A stretch of 64,000 nt of DNA from Nemertoderma westbladi. Its lineage: Eukaryota > Animalia > Xenacoelomorpha. The stretch lies in contig JAUCBJ010009083.1 in the NCBI GenBank assembly GCA_032718475.1, positions 110,353-174,352 on the forward strand, written 5' to 3'. The translations under genes and the position numbers were made by a program. Each line of letters starts with the position of its first letter. The first letter of the stretch is position 1. Positions 36,827 to 49,703 of this stretch are shown piece by piece. The notes under the pieces are model-generated. The model was not told where the DNA came from. It made no database searches and saw only the letters and a list, made by a program, of their open reading frames with translations.

Positions 36827-38464
36827 GCACAATTCCGGACAGTAATTTGGACAGTTTGACCGGACATACAGACATTTTGGTCGGATCTATGGACGTTTGG
36901 GCATCCTGGTGCCGGACATCCGGACAATATCGATATAATTATATTATTATTTTTATTATTATTACAACCGGACGTCCGGGAAGTCTTTGACATGAATTGA
37001 ACAATGAGTTGAAAAAAATTAGTTATATAACTTAGATAAGAATTATTAATTAATTATTGGTAAATGTCAACTGATATTAACAAAATATTATAAACACACA
37101 AAGTTAAGCATGAATGTATTTGAATATAAGTTCAGGAAATAAGCAGCTTTACATCACCATTATTATGTCCATAATTAATCTTTAAAGTTGCGTTTCCCCG
37201 GCAGAAAGTCGTTGGCAGTGTGTGTGGCAGTATAGCTGCATTGTGTAGAGATTCTTCAATGTCGACTCAGCTAAAAATATAAATAATAACTATAAGTTTA
37301 CATATAGATCAATAATTATTAGTGCAAATAAATACAAATACTAATATTGTAACTTATAAATTGTTTCACGTTGAACGGATTTTAATATTTATTACAAGAA
37401 ACTGTAATATGAATAAGAAACAGTTTAATAATATTCCTTGGTTATTCTACGCAAATCAACGATTAGCTTTGACCTTAACATCTCCGTTCTAATTGGCCGC
37501 TTTTCCTTTTTTCAACAGAGATCACATTTACTCTACCATATAATTATTTTAATACTCAGTTACTGTTATAATTAACTAAATCTCTTGTAATAACAATACC
37601 AATTAATTGGTCGCTAGTAATATAATTATTTATCCCCATGTATAAAAATAGCGGAGTGAAATAGAAATACGGAGTCCAATGGATTTACGTTCATGTCAGT
37701 CAGGAACTAAAATATGGATAGAAAATTCAGATGGACGGGGAAAAGGAAAGCCATGTGTTTTCATATTTTCGCAGGTAAATTAAAAATCATGGAAATATAT
37801 TGTTTAAACATCTGTGTGTATTTTATATGAATCACAATTTACAAATATAGGGTAAATTAAAATTTACTGCTCAGCCTCCATATAAAATACTTATAGCAGA
37901 AAAAATATAATCTAAAGATAAATAATATCAATAATAACTGTACAGTACATAACTAACAGTTGGGTTCCATAGTGAAAAAAATATTAAGGAAACTAACTAG
38001 TCCGCAAAGGAAACAACCCATAAAACATCCAACAGCCAAAACACTAAATTAAAACTTGATCAACAACTCAAACTGAAATAACAACTGTGTTTCGTCCGGC
38101 CTCAGGACTTTTCAATGGTGTTGCCTTACACCAGACACCGCTACAAATTGTCCTCAACTAATTAAAATTGAAAATAAGCCATTGAGCTGTTGGTTGATTA
38201 TGAGTTGGTTCTACAGTAGGAGACGTAGTTAATTACCATTATAAAAGTCAATAATTATATGGCCTAAACTGTAATTTAAAGAAAGCACTCCAATGCATCG
38301 CTCGCATTAATCGTATGTACATCAATTAAAACAATAACGAATTCCACTTAATAACTCATTTATATAAAAAAAACTTGTAAGTAGAACACAAAGCCCTACC
38401 AGCAAATATCAATTGAATTTTATCTCGAATTTCTCATAATTATTATTAATAGTTGAATAAATCT

Positions 38465-39151
38465 CTACTCTAATAAATTATCATTACTCCGCCTTTCTGA
38501 CGAGTCCCTACTCTGCAGACTCATTCCCTCTACCTGTCCACTCAGTTCGCTCATTCTACCCAGACCCGAATCATGGGACTCCGTCGCCGTGGTGACGCCG
38601 CTAGGCACCACGTGGTCTTTGTCCGCGGTGTGACCAGGGACCAGCGTTGCTAAGGTAAACAAAGAGGCCTGGCAACCAGCGCCACGCAGCGCGTCGTACA
38701 ACGTCCCCATGGTTACTGAGAGTTCGATTAAATTCTGGAAAAAGTAAAGGAAGTGAGACCGAGTGGCGCCGTCCACTCTGATACCCAGTTGCTTAGCAAC
38801 CGAGTCCCAGTTCTCGGACGCCATGACGACGGCTAACTGTCGCAGGGTCTCGTCCCTCAGACAGGATATCGGGCTGCTCGCCGCGTCCATATGGACCCCC
38901 TCGTCCACGTCCCCTCGTAGCGTCGCCAGGGTTCTAGCGGCGTTCGCGAACCCCAACTGATTGGCCAGTTGGTAGGCGGTGACCCCCCCGTAGGTCTCCA
39001 CCGTGAGGTCTGCGTGGCCCTCCACTGCTAGAGCGTGGAGCAGCTGCGAGTTGTTGGTCTCTACCGCGATGTGCAGGGAAGTCTTACCGGACTTGAGTTC
39101 GCGTTGATCGACTTCCGCACCGATCTGTATGAGTGCGTAAACAGCTGAAAT
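38465..39151 (-). CDS. IkB / NF-kB p105-C-terminus-like gene, last coding exon (ankyrin repeats, death-domain-like region, DSG degron)
   Basis: Acceptor TTTTCTGTCTCTTGTAG|ATT at 39152/39151, phase 0. Reads ISAVYALIQIGAEVDQRELKSGKTSLHIAVE...ETYGGVTAYQLA, then NWDSVAKQLG and LYDALRGAG (death-domain-like), then HDSGLGRMS. Confidence 0.85.
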   Translation of the reverse strand: MSAVYALIQIGAEVDQRELKSGKTSLHIAVETNNSQLLHALAVEGHADLTVETYGGVTAYQLANQLGFANAARTLATLRGDVDEGVHMDAASSPISCLRDETLRQLAVVMASENWDSVAKQLGIRVDGATRSHFLYFFQNLIELSVTMGTLYDALRGAGCQASLFTLATLVPGHTADKDHVVPSGVTTATESHDSGLGRMSELSGQVEGMSLQSRDSSERRSNDNLLE

Positions 39152-40523
39152 CTACAAGAGACAGAAAAGTAAATAACAGCTGATTACTCGCAAAAATAAA
39201 ACTGTAAACTATAAAATTAACTTTCGTTTATTGTTTTGGTTAGAATAAAATGCCACTGTAACCTGCTCCCTTCTCTTCATTGTTGGTTCACCGAACCAAC
39301 CGGGATTAATACGCCAAGACAATATAAATATTCGCCGAGAAGATATTTGCTTCAAATCTACCTCCCACTCCCCATTCTCAAATATTACAAAGGCATGCGG
39401 ATATCCGCATGAATATCCGATGGATATCCGCAAAAATCATGCGGATATCCGCGGATGCGGGTGCGGACATTCGCCACATCCCTATTACAAAGGCATATCT
39501 TTCATTATTGAACTCTTATAATATTGGCAGGTAATGCAATTGTATAGAACAGCCAGACACAATACTGCACAGTACATGATATGGAATGCAGTAAAAGTTC
39601 GCCAAATCCTTTAAAATTCGAATAAAGTCAAACGAGTTCGCGTAATACACGTGTCTAGCTTATATACTCAACATTACGGTTCGGTCATGGTTGGTAGGGT
39701 TTACACAAAAGATAATTTCTGTAAACTAAGACTCTATTGCACTATAGATATAGAGCTAGGTAGTTGCCAAAGTGTTGAAATCGTAAATATAACACAATTT
39801 AAATTATAAGAATTCCCTTTGTTATGAAATCTGGCGCAGTATATAAGAAATTCAGCGGAAACTGGATGTACCGTACCACACCGTACCGTACAATCCGTAC
39901 ATGCGATAATATACCAATACCGGTTCACATGGTTATGATTTGTCGGCGGGTGGTCCCTTTATGAAACACCACCACCCACACAGTTCGAGATCAGCCATGT
40001 AAATCTCGAACCCGTTCATCTGCATTATTTATCAAGACCAGTCACCAGTGTATTCATTTATGTTAGCAGATATTTCAGGAAGTCAATTCATGACAATCAG
40101 ACACTGCCATTGCATTAGTAGGCCTACCATAAACAAGATCACGCAAGGGTTGATCAGTTCATAGATCAGTTGTAGATAACAGAGACCAGCAGAACTCATC
40201 CGTCGTTTATGCAGGGTGGTTAAGGCTTTTTAGCAATGTAACAATGTCACACACCGTATTTGATTATTCAGCAATATACAGTCAGACAGTTATTATAATA
40301 CTGCGTATCGCATACAAAAGCCCAACACGATTCCATATCAATAGCAGTTATTGTATGATTGCATGGCACGCCAGGAGAAAATAAACACAGATTCTCAAAC
40401 AAAAGCAAAAATTCGACTCTGACTGTCGAAATTATACAAGCTGCCTGTAACACTAAAAAGAGTCTGCTATAATAATAATACAGTAATATGTCAGAAATGT
40501 ATAAAAAATAAAATTGTACTTAC

Positions 40524-41456
40524 TTTCCCCAACCTTGTAGCAACATGAATAGGCGCCTCCCCGTCGCTATTTGGCGCGCTCAACTTAATATCTTTACCGA
40601 AGTGCTTGTGTAACTGGTCGATGCATTCGGTTCGGTCTGCCATGGCGGATACATGTAGCGCGGTGTTCCCAGCCACGTCGTACACGTTGGGGTCGACGCC
40701 TGTGGAGCGGAGGAATCGTATTATTTGATGGAGGCCCTGGAGGCAGACGATGTGCAGCGGTCGCTGTCCGCTCAGATTTGCCTGGTTCACGGTCTGCGCG
40801 CAGTCTGGTTCGTAGAGTAGCACCGACAGTAGATTGTGTAGAACCAGGGACTGTCCGTGTCTGGCCGCCACGTGCAGAAGATTATCGCCGTCGTTATTCT
40901 GCACGCCAATCAGGGAGCGTTGCGCGTTCAGTACGTATTTGACGTCGCCGGAAGATGCGTAGTTGGAGAGCGCAAGGTAACTCTGTCGAGCCAACATGTA
41001 CGTCTCGTGGTTGTGTTCCAACGTGTGTTGGGAAGGTCCGAGTTCGGGAGATCTTTCAGGCTTCGGTTGGGCCGCGTTATCTGGAGTAAAAGTCCGAGGT
41101 ACTGTTTGTACCGGTACTGTAGTAGGAGGATCTAACGGTCGTTTCCCCGTATCTTGGACGGGTTTTTCAGTTACATCGGGCTCCTTTTTTACTTCTACCG
41201 AAGAATTATCCCAAAACCCCGCAACTAAGGACTGCGCATTCGGGTTGACCTTAAACTTTGGATTTTCAGCGGCGGGTAATTTAGTGAGTCGAGTGCGTAC
41301 GTTAGGCGCTCCGTCTTTATGCGGTAGAGGTAAAAAACCAGCAGTTACGGCGTGAGAATCGGTGGAAGTTCGAGGGACGTTGTCCGACTGCGATCTTGGA
41401 ATCCCAGGTCGTCCGCTAGAGGTGGGAGATTGTTGGCGTCTGGTTCTGTCTGACAT
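40524..41456 (-). CDS. IkB / NF-kB p105-C-terminus-like gene, first coding exon (spliced product about 539 aa)
   Basis: ATG at 41456; donor AAA|GTAAGT at 40524/40523, phase 0. ALSNYASSGDVKYVLNAQRSLIGVQNNDGDNLLHVA resembles the p105 pre-ankyrin segment. Ankyrin repeats follow: GQRPLHI, GNTALHV, GEAPIHV. Confidence 0.85.
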
Positions 41457-43592
41457 GTTGGTATGGTACCGGAACTCTGAATAAGTTGGATTCAAACGTA
41501 AACTATTTGCAAATTACAATTGCAGATTAGTTCCTGACTCCCTGCCGGACTTCGATAATAAAACAAATCAGGAAAAATCGAATATTGTGATTGTTTTAGG
41601 CCTATCGATTGTTCTTCAGATTTGGACTGTTATAAAACACTGAAATAATTGTTAATTGTATAATAATTAAAATTATTGAAATAATATGAAAAAAATATAT
41701 TTATATAGTAACATCCAGGCCTACGCAATAAATTCCCTACCATAAACGCAAGACTCAAGTCCTAAAACTGTAAAATAAACAGTCATACATTAGGCCTACA
41801 ATACATGTACACGTACAAACGAAATCTCCCTTTTGAGTGAGTTGAACTTTCTGGTAAAGTCCCACATAGCAGATAAGCCAATGTGAGCCGTCGTCCGGCC
41901 TTAGGTAAATACCTCAATACTGGGAGACCAGGCCTGAGAGGGGAACCCCACACCCAGGCTCCTAATGTAGAAACTAAACCATTGGTTCCACTTAAAGGCC
42001 AATGACAGCCTGGTGATTGTGTTCTTGTAATTAATGTATTAGGATTTGACACGTGAATGGGTAGTTTTGTTTTAGGTTGATGCTGCTACCCAGTACTGTA
42101 TATAGAGCTATTATGATTAATAATTAAATTTCTATACAATATAAACTACTATTATTGGCAACAACTGTACAGTAGGAACTTTACCTAAACCTCGCCAAGG
42201 TTATTTTTTATAAAGACTGCAATTAATAGTTGTGATTCCAGACCTTCTGTACATTTCCATTATGATTAATAGTGAGCAATGGAAGGAATGGGGAAATGTT
42301 CCGCACGCGGCGCTTTAAGCAAGGTTTTTGCTTTGTGACTTATTGTTTAATCATAATGATTAATTATAAGTGAATGTAATCACTTAATAAGATGTAACGC
42401 AGCAATTTCCTTGTTGAGGGAAACTTATGTACTAAATTAGATAAGATTATATGTTCGTAAATGTAAATATTATATATATACCAGGATTTATACAGTATTA
42501 TGAATAAGCTTATTCGAAGGGTTACTTTATGGGACGAGTAAGATTGGATTATTGATTGATTTAATTACCATAAATTTAAAAGTACAACGGATAAAAATAG
42601 TTACAGGTTAAAAGCACGACGTATGCGAGTTTAAAATTAAGGTAATGGGATAGCTTCTTGAGGCAAAGCCTCGTTTTCAAGAAGGTCCCTCCCTATAAGT
42701 GAAGTAAAAATAAATTAATTAGAGTTAAAACGTTCCTTATTAAAATTATAATCTAAAATGAATTTTGTCAGGATAAAAACTGTGCGCGTTCATTTTTAGC
42801 GAGGCCGTCAAAGAGGCTCTTTTTCAGATTACGTTGCGGGGCAGGCTGTTCCAGTGACGTGGTTATATGACGGACGGCTGTCGGCTGTCATAGCTCAACT
42901 ACAAGATAGTGTAACCAGGGTTATACAGCTGAAAAGCAGATTGCAAAATAAAGAATTTCAAAAAAAAATCATAAAATAATTAATCGCATTAAATATAAAT
43001 TTATAAGGTTAATAAAATTAAATCTATTGCGCTTGTAAATATTTATAACCAAAATAATAAATGAGATAAAGATAATTTTGTTGAAAAAAAAGAAGTCAAA
43101 AATTTTGCTAATCTCTTATAGTTAGAATGAATACCTTAATATCAACACAATAAATATTCATCCCTCTCCAGGGGAAAATCGACGCAAATAATAGCTGATT
43201 AAATAAAAAATAAAACTGTGTTGTTTTGGTTAGAATAACGTGCCACTGTAACCTGCTCCTTTCCACAATTGATAATTTAACTTTGATGCGAGATGTTAAT
43301 TATCCGGGATGTGATTTGCATCCAGACCCCCCCCCCCCCCCCCCCCCCCCTGATCCCCCACCCCGTCTCATGTATGGAGGCAAAGGATGAATGGACTGTT
43401 GGATATGCCTTATTTGTTGTAAATCCCAACTGTTATTATTTGGCTGTAAAAGTCGCCTTGATGGGAACAAACGGAAACGCCAAATTACTTTAGTTTAACA
43501 AAATAAGAGAGATAAAGTAATATAGCGGTAGCAAAGGGCGTGGGGAGGGGGATATTATTTTATTGCAAGAAGAAACTGACACGCACGCGTTT

Positions 43593-43762
43593 GGGGAATT
43601 CCAAAAATACCTTTCCCCATCTACATTTAGGATTTAGACAATGAATGTCTAGCCAGATAACAATTTATCAAAAGATTTGTGTGTACTGTAGGTACATGGA
43701 AATGACGTGATTGGATGGAGGAGGGGGAAGTCCTAGGGAGTGGCTGCCTGATTGACCAATAA
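43593..43762. promoter_or_regulatory. Candidate promoter/enhancer of the IkB-like gene (kB, CRE-like and CCAAT motifs)
   Basis: GGGGAATTCC at 43593-43602, GGAAATGACGTGATTGG at about 43698-43714, GGGGAAGTCC at 43724-43733, CCAAT at about 43756. Confidence 0.45.
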
Positions 43763-44994
43763 GCGCATTACGACTGTAGTGCAGCAGGCCTACATTACTG
43801 CTGTAAGGGTGTGTCATTGGGCTCAAGGTCAACCAACCCCTTCTGCAGAAATCTTGGTACAGTAATGACAATCTGTCAAACTTCCCACACAAAAAACGAT
43901 TTTATGAATAAAATGAATGAAGTACAGTATTACTTAGTAAATCTTCAGAGAAATACGACTTTAATTATTGGCGATAAGATTAACAGAATCGTATTGTATA
44001 ATATTATACTCCAGTACTGATGCATTAGAGCGATATGGTAAACAACCTCTTCGATTGGCAATCCTACAACTGGATGATATATATACATTACATTCAGTAC
44101 TAACTCCTACTGTGGGGCGAGACACGTAGTCTGCGAGCCTTGGCTCACGGTTCATATAGGGCAAATTGGGCATGTCTGTCTGCCTGTCTGTCTGGTAACT
44201 GGTTGAACACGAATTTCTCGGCATCGCTGGTTCGGAATTGAACCAAACTTAGTAGGTAACTAGTAGAACAGATTGTGCTTTTTAGAAAATGTTAGATTTC
44301 TCGGAAACGCCTCATTTTGCAGAGCTAAAATTTTGGTTGCTTGTAGAGAATCATGAAGTCTATCTTTTACAAAATTATAACAGTTAAGACAATTACTTGG
44401 TGTTGGACCAGAAATCCAATGGGATCTTTCCGATTGGGTTGGAATCTTAGCCGTGGCAATTATTATTTTGAATGTTTTTAATTAATTCTTGAAAGCCAAC
44501 AATCATTAAGAAGTCTAACCGCTAAATTTTTTATGGTAACAGCGAACATTCACAGGCCAGGCTGAACACTAAATGATTGGTTAGGTAAACGTTTAATTTG
44601 AAATGCGGAAGACACACAGAGGTTAATTAATATGACAGTGACAATAATTAATTGCTACACATGTTTTTTATACTTATCTATTATACTGTAATTTCCAATA
44701 CTAAATAATAAATTACCTAATAGATCAATAGTGTCTGAAAATATAATCAGTAGGCTATATTATAGGATTATAAATGAAATATAAATACAGTATTTTATAG
44801 ATATAGACTTACAGTATATATAATATTACAGTATATAAGTTGATTGTGCACGAGATGGCGTATTACTAATGGCAGAGCAAATTCCAGAAAATTAATTGCG
44901 TTCCCTGGCAGAAGCGTAGCGCGCCCTTCTGGCGCCCAGTGGAATGAAGCTGAGATAGCCCCCACACCCTTCAATCATTTTTAATTTATGATAT

Positions 44995-45487
44995 GTGGGG
45001 CGAGCCACGAAGTTGGCGGAGCCTTAGCGAATTGACACTGTTAGGGGGTGGGTCAATTTATGCAAATAGTTGTCGTCGTCGTCGTTGTCGTTGTCGTCGT
45101 CGTCGTCGTTACGATTTTGACATGCTAATAACTTTGTCAGATTTAAAGCTGCCAAGTTGAAAATTTGTAGGTATCAATATGAGCAAAAGTTGAGATTTTT
45201 GAGAGACTTTCAGACACCATCAGTGCAATGGTCTCCCGCTAGAGGGCCACATGTCTAAACATTAAATGCCCTCCCATTTCTTTGCTTTTAATCCGTTTAA
45301 GCTGAAACTTGGCAGATATGTATTAGACCATTAGCTGTGACTTTCAAAGGAGGCGAATCCATCTGCAGTTCTCCAGTCTGCCGCTAGAGGGCCAACGTGA
45401 CTATTTGCATAAATTGACCTACCCCCTAACAGTGTCAATTCGCTAAGGCTCTGCCAACTTCGTGCTGCGCGAAGTCCCCACTTCGTG
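44995..45487. mobile_element. Non-autonomous DNA element with ~65-bp inverted repeats and (GTC)n tract (MITE or Helentron/HINE-like)
   Basis: 45006-45070 is the reverse complement of 45400-45464. A related end motif (TGTGGGGCGAGCCACG-like) also occurs at about 7060, 34550 (reverse) and 44111. Confidence 0.75.
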
Positions 45488-45946
45488 TATGTATATACAG
45501 TAGCTATGTCAAATCTATTATACAGTAGTTTGATTTAGTGCACTTATAATACTGTACTGTATTGAATGGCGTGCGAAGCGAGTAGAGACAATTTTTCCAC
45601 ATGTTCGCTCATGATACAGGTCCTGTATATATCCTAATCATTGAATTTTCAGGTTTTCACTGATTTGTCATTTTTCAGGTTGTCACTGATTTGTTCTTTT
45701 TCAGGTTTTCACTGATTTGTCCTATTTTTACACGAATTCCCTGACACTAGACGTATTTTACTTATTAAAGATTCTACAAACCAGGGACAAGATACGGTAA
45801 TAAATCAAATTTCCGCACAGCGATAATTTCTCGTATAACAGAAATTTGCTTCATACAGTCGGTATACAGTAATATATATGCGTACCAATAATTATTTTCA
45901 TATCAACATCTTTTCCTACATTTAATGAGGCAGTCTAATCATACTA

Positions 45947-46278
45947 TTTTAGTATTTTTAAACACACTCAATTCTTGTAAAATATCTATACTTTAATTAA
46001 TACAATTTTAGTATTTTTAAACACACTCAATTCTTGTAAAATATCTATACTTTAATTAATACAATTTTAGTATTTTTAAACACACTCAATTCTTGTAAAA
46101 TATCTATACTTTAATTAATACAATTTTAGTATTTTTAAACACACTCAATTCTTGTAAAATATCTATACTTTAATTAATACAATTTTATTATTTTTAAACA
46201 CACTCAATTCTTGTAAAAAATCTATAGGCCTACTTTAATAATAATACAATATTAGTATTTTTAAACACACTCAATTAT
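45947..46278. repeat. 59-bp tandem repeat, about 5.5 copies, resuming at about 47195-47258 after an insertion
   Basis: (TTTTAGTATTTTTAAACACACTCAATTCTTGTAAAATATCTATACTTTAATTAATACAA)n. Confidence 0.92.
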
Positions 46279-46673
46279 GTAATAACTATTTACATACTTG
46301 TGTGTAAAGTAGCACTTTACAGTGTGATGATCCGAGTGGCTTTGTTTCACGAACGAACGTTAGTGAGTGAGTGAAAATAAAGCCACGAGGGTCAGAACAC
46401 TGTAAAGTACTTTGCAACAAGTATGTATGTAGTTTTATTCCAAAATTTTAACATTACGAAGTGATTGTACATATACATTATAAGTGATAGAAACTGCACA
46501 AATTATATTAGTTGCTGTATAAATAAATGTAAAAATAACATAAATTATGTTATAAATAAGTTAGCTTATATTTATGGTGGCGTTTGGAGCCATGTTATAA
46601 TAATATAGCTAGGCCGTACTGGTTATTAATAGCTACCCCGCCTACCGGTAGGCAATGCAGTAGGCCTATCTGG

Positions 46674-46948
46674 GCCCATGTGAAGAATACCAGACATTCT
46701 GCCGTTATATTTCACTTTGCAGTTACCCCCTTGTGAAGAATACCAGGTTTTCACCAAAAGCACAGGTTACAGAAGGGCTGAATCTAACCAAAACAATAAA
46801 CTAATTAGTATATCTACAGGTTATAAGACAGAAACAACCGCTATAAAACACCTAATAAAGATAAATTTATAAAAATAAAAAATTTCATATATAAAATACC
46901 AATAAAAAGTCGAACGAATAGAAAAATCCTGGTATTCTTCACATGGGC
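46674..46948. mobile_element. 275-bp MITE, Mutator-like
   Basis: 20-bp TIR GCCCATGTGAAGAATACCAG / CTGGTATTCTTCACATGGGC. 10-bp flanking direct repeat GCCTATCTGG (46664-46673 and 46949-46958). Confidence 0.85.
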
Positions 46949-47899
46949 GCCTATCTGGCTGTCACGCAAATTTCCACATATTGCTTACGTGGTATCCAAT
47001 GACGGCGTTAAGTAATATCCCCTTAGTGGACATTACTTAACGCCGTCATGGGATACCACGTAAACAATAACACCAAATACAATACTAAATGTACAGGCCA
47101 ATACAATGCTGTAATGTCCTTTAAAGTAAAGTGCTAAATTACAACTCGCTGATAATACTAACGGCGTTGAGTAATGTTACAATTTTGGAATTAAATATCT
47201 ATACTTTAATTAATACAATTTTATTATTTTTAAACACACTCAATTCTTGTAAAATATCAATCCATTATAATTATGACTATAATAATCTTATCAGTGTTTT
47301 AACTGCAGGCCAATTGTCGGAGTTTTAAGTGTTGGTAAAAAGTTTTTACCTTATAGCCATAATTACTTTGTAGCCTGTTGTTAAATAATAAATACATGTT
47401 ACTAATAATAATTAAATTTAATAAAAATAAACTAATATTTTTGATTTAGGACACAGTAGTAGAAACTAAACGACTGTATGTAATTACTTAGAAAAAATAC
47501 GATACGAATCTTTTTGCGTATCGTATCTCGTAAATATCTTTCGCTTTATTCTTAAAAACAGTTTCGTATCGTATCAAAGAAATTGGTTCAAACTGGGCTA
47601 TTTCATCTGGGCTATTTAAGAATAGCCAAACCAAATATTTTTAAAATTGGCCCCAAAATGGCTCTGTAATGGCCAAAAGTGTCTCTTTGCGCCAAAGGCT
47701 ATTTCTCCACTAATTTTTGATAAAATTTGTCGAAATTTAGAATATAAGTTCAGAAGACCTTTGCATCCCATTCTTCTGAACATTTTTCGCTGAAATGGAT
47801 TTGGGTCATTTTAGAACTAAAAGGCCCAAAATGGCTATTTATGGGCCTCTTTCGAGCATTTTCAGCCAAAGTCGTTCAAAATAATTATGGACAAAGGTA

Positions 47900-48760
47900 T
47901 TCTCAAAAAGTGGACCAAATTTTAACTCATTTCAGTTAAAATTAGCGGAGATATGAACTTTATTTCATGGAAAAATGTCATTCTGAGATACGCAGTCGGT
48001 AGTGAGGCAGTGGAAATGAGCAGAGTTTTGACATATTTTAAAGTGGAAGCCGTGGGCGGTTGTACGTATGACAATATGACGGTTAGTTTGGCCGTGGCGC
48101 TTCCAGATAGATGACTGGGCCCCTGGAGTACCCCTCGGTGGTAAAGTTGGAATCGCGCACTGTGCGGTCGGTGTGCCAGATAGTCGCGGATTCCGCCTGG
48201 GTTGAATACGTAGGAGAAGCAGTCGAGAAGAGTTTGTATAAACGAATTTAGTCCAGCCAGTTTTAACACGAGGGTGGAAGATGCGGATTGGTGGAAAGAA
48301 AACTTTATTTTGAGGTGCCAATTGAGGTTGTTTTTACTTTATCCATATCTTTGAGATTTTTAAGAGAGAGATATGGTGAGATATCTCGTAGGGCATAAGT
48401 TAGATTGGATGCATTTTTGAGTTGAAAATTTTGATTGCGGTTTCTAGAGATAGAAGATGGTTTCGAGAACAAATGACGCTAAAAGCTTTATCTTTTTTCC
48501 GTTTGAAATGAAGTGATAACGATAGCGATGACTGAACGTTTTGGGTTGCGAGTTGAACAGCGCGCTGGTTTTTTCCATCCCATTTGCAGTGCACAAGGTT
48601 TGGAGAGAGTTAAGAGCTGTTTGGATGTCTCTTTGGATTGCTGGAGTAAAATACTAGGACGTCTGCATAAAATATGAATTTAAGGAGGGAGACAGCGCTA
48701 CGGGGGGCGGAGACTACGTAGCAACGTAGGCGATGAATAAAATGAAGTTCAAAGTTGGTT
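47900..48760 (-). pseudogene. Degenerate LINE 3' RT fragment
   Basis: The minus strand at about 48645-48695 reads LKFIFYADVLVFYS (YADD-like motif). Fragmented ORFs follow downstream. Confidence 0.55.
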
Positions 48761-49703
48761 TTAAAGTTTAAGGAACAATTCAAACCTTCCCGCTATTTTA
48801 GATAATGCCATTTTTCTTTGTTCAACAATAACTTTGTCAAAAATGAATGAAATTCAACGAAATTTTTCATCTTTGCTAAAAATATTACAACTAATAAAAC
48901 AACTTTTTACCAATTTAACTGTACTGTGAGAGCCTTTCTTTATTTAAAGGATCTTATTCAATTGTAAAATATCGTGCTGCTCGAAGGTGTTTCAAACAAC
49001 AGACTAGTTCTTTTACTTTGGTTAATAAGTTGAGAGTTTGAGAAAATATATGAGAAAACTGCATGCAGATTTGAAATCTCCATTAAATTCGGCATAATAA
49101 TAGGATCAAATATTTTTACCATTTCCAAAATAGGGGGGTGATAGGCTAGTGTTGAGAACTGAATCAATTTTGATTAATTCCAGCTACAGTATTACAAAAT
49201 ATTGCCCAGTGTTATTCATTTATTAAACTATACTATTACAATACTGTTTCAAATGCTCATTCATCTTAGTTGTGGCTGAGAACTGAATAGATTTTCAGTA
49301 ATTCCAGTTTCAGTTACAGTATTCAAAATCCGTAATTACAGTTTCAGTTACAGTTCTCAACACTAGGTGCTACCCCCGACCACCCCCCCCCCCCCCCCCC
49401 CCCCCCCCACCTACCCCCTTAATAATTTGCAGTAAATTATTTGTTGAGCAATAAAAACATTTCTAAAAATGGTTCTAATTACTGATAAATAATTGATAAA
49501 TTAAGGAAATTAATATTGAAAATAAATAATTAATAAAATTTGTCTTAAATTACATATTTGTAATGCATTGCACTAGGCCTACATCAATATAATTGGAAAG
49601 CTTAAATGATAAATAAAGACCGTTGCACCAAAAGATTATAAATTAAATTAACATCTTACATGTCATACCGTTTATAACCACCGGTAGGACTACGGTAGGG
49701 TAC

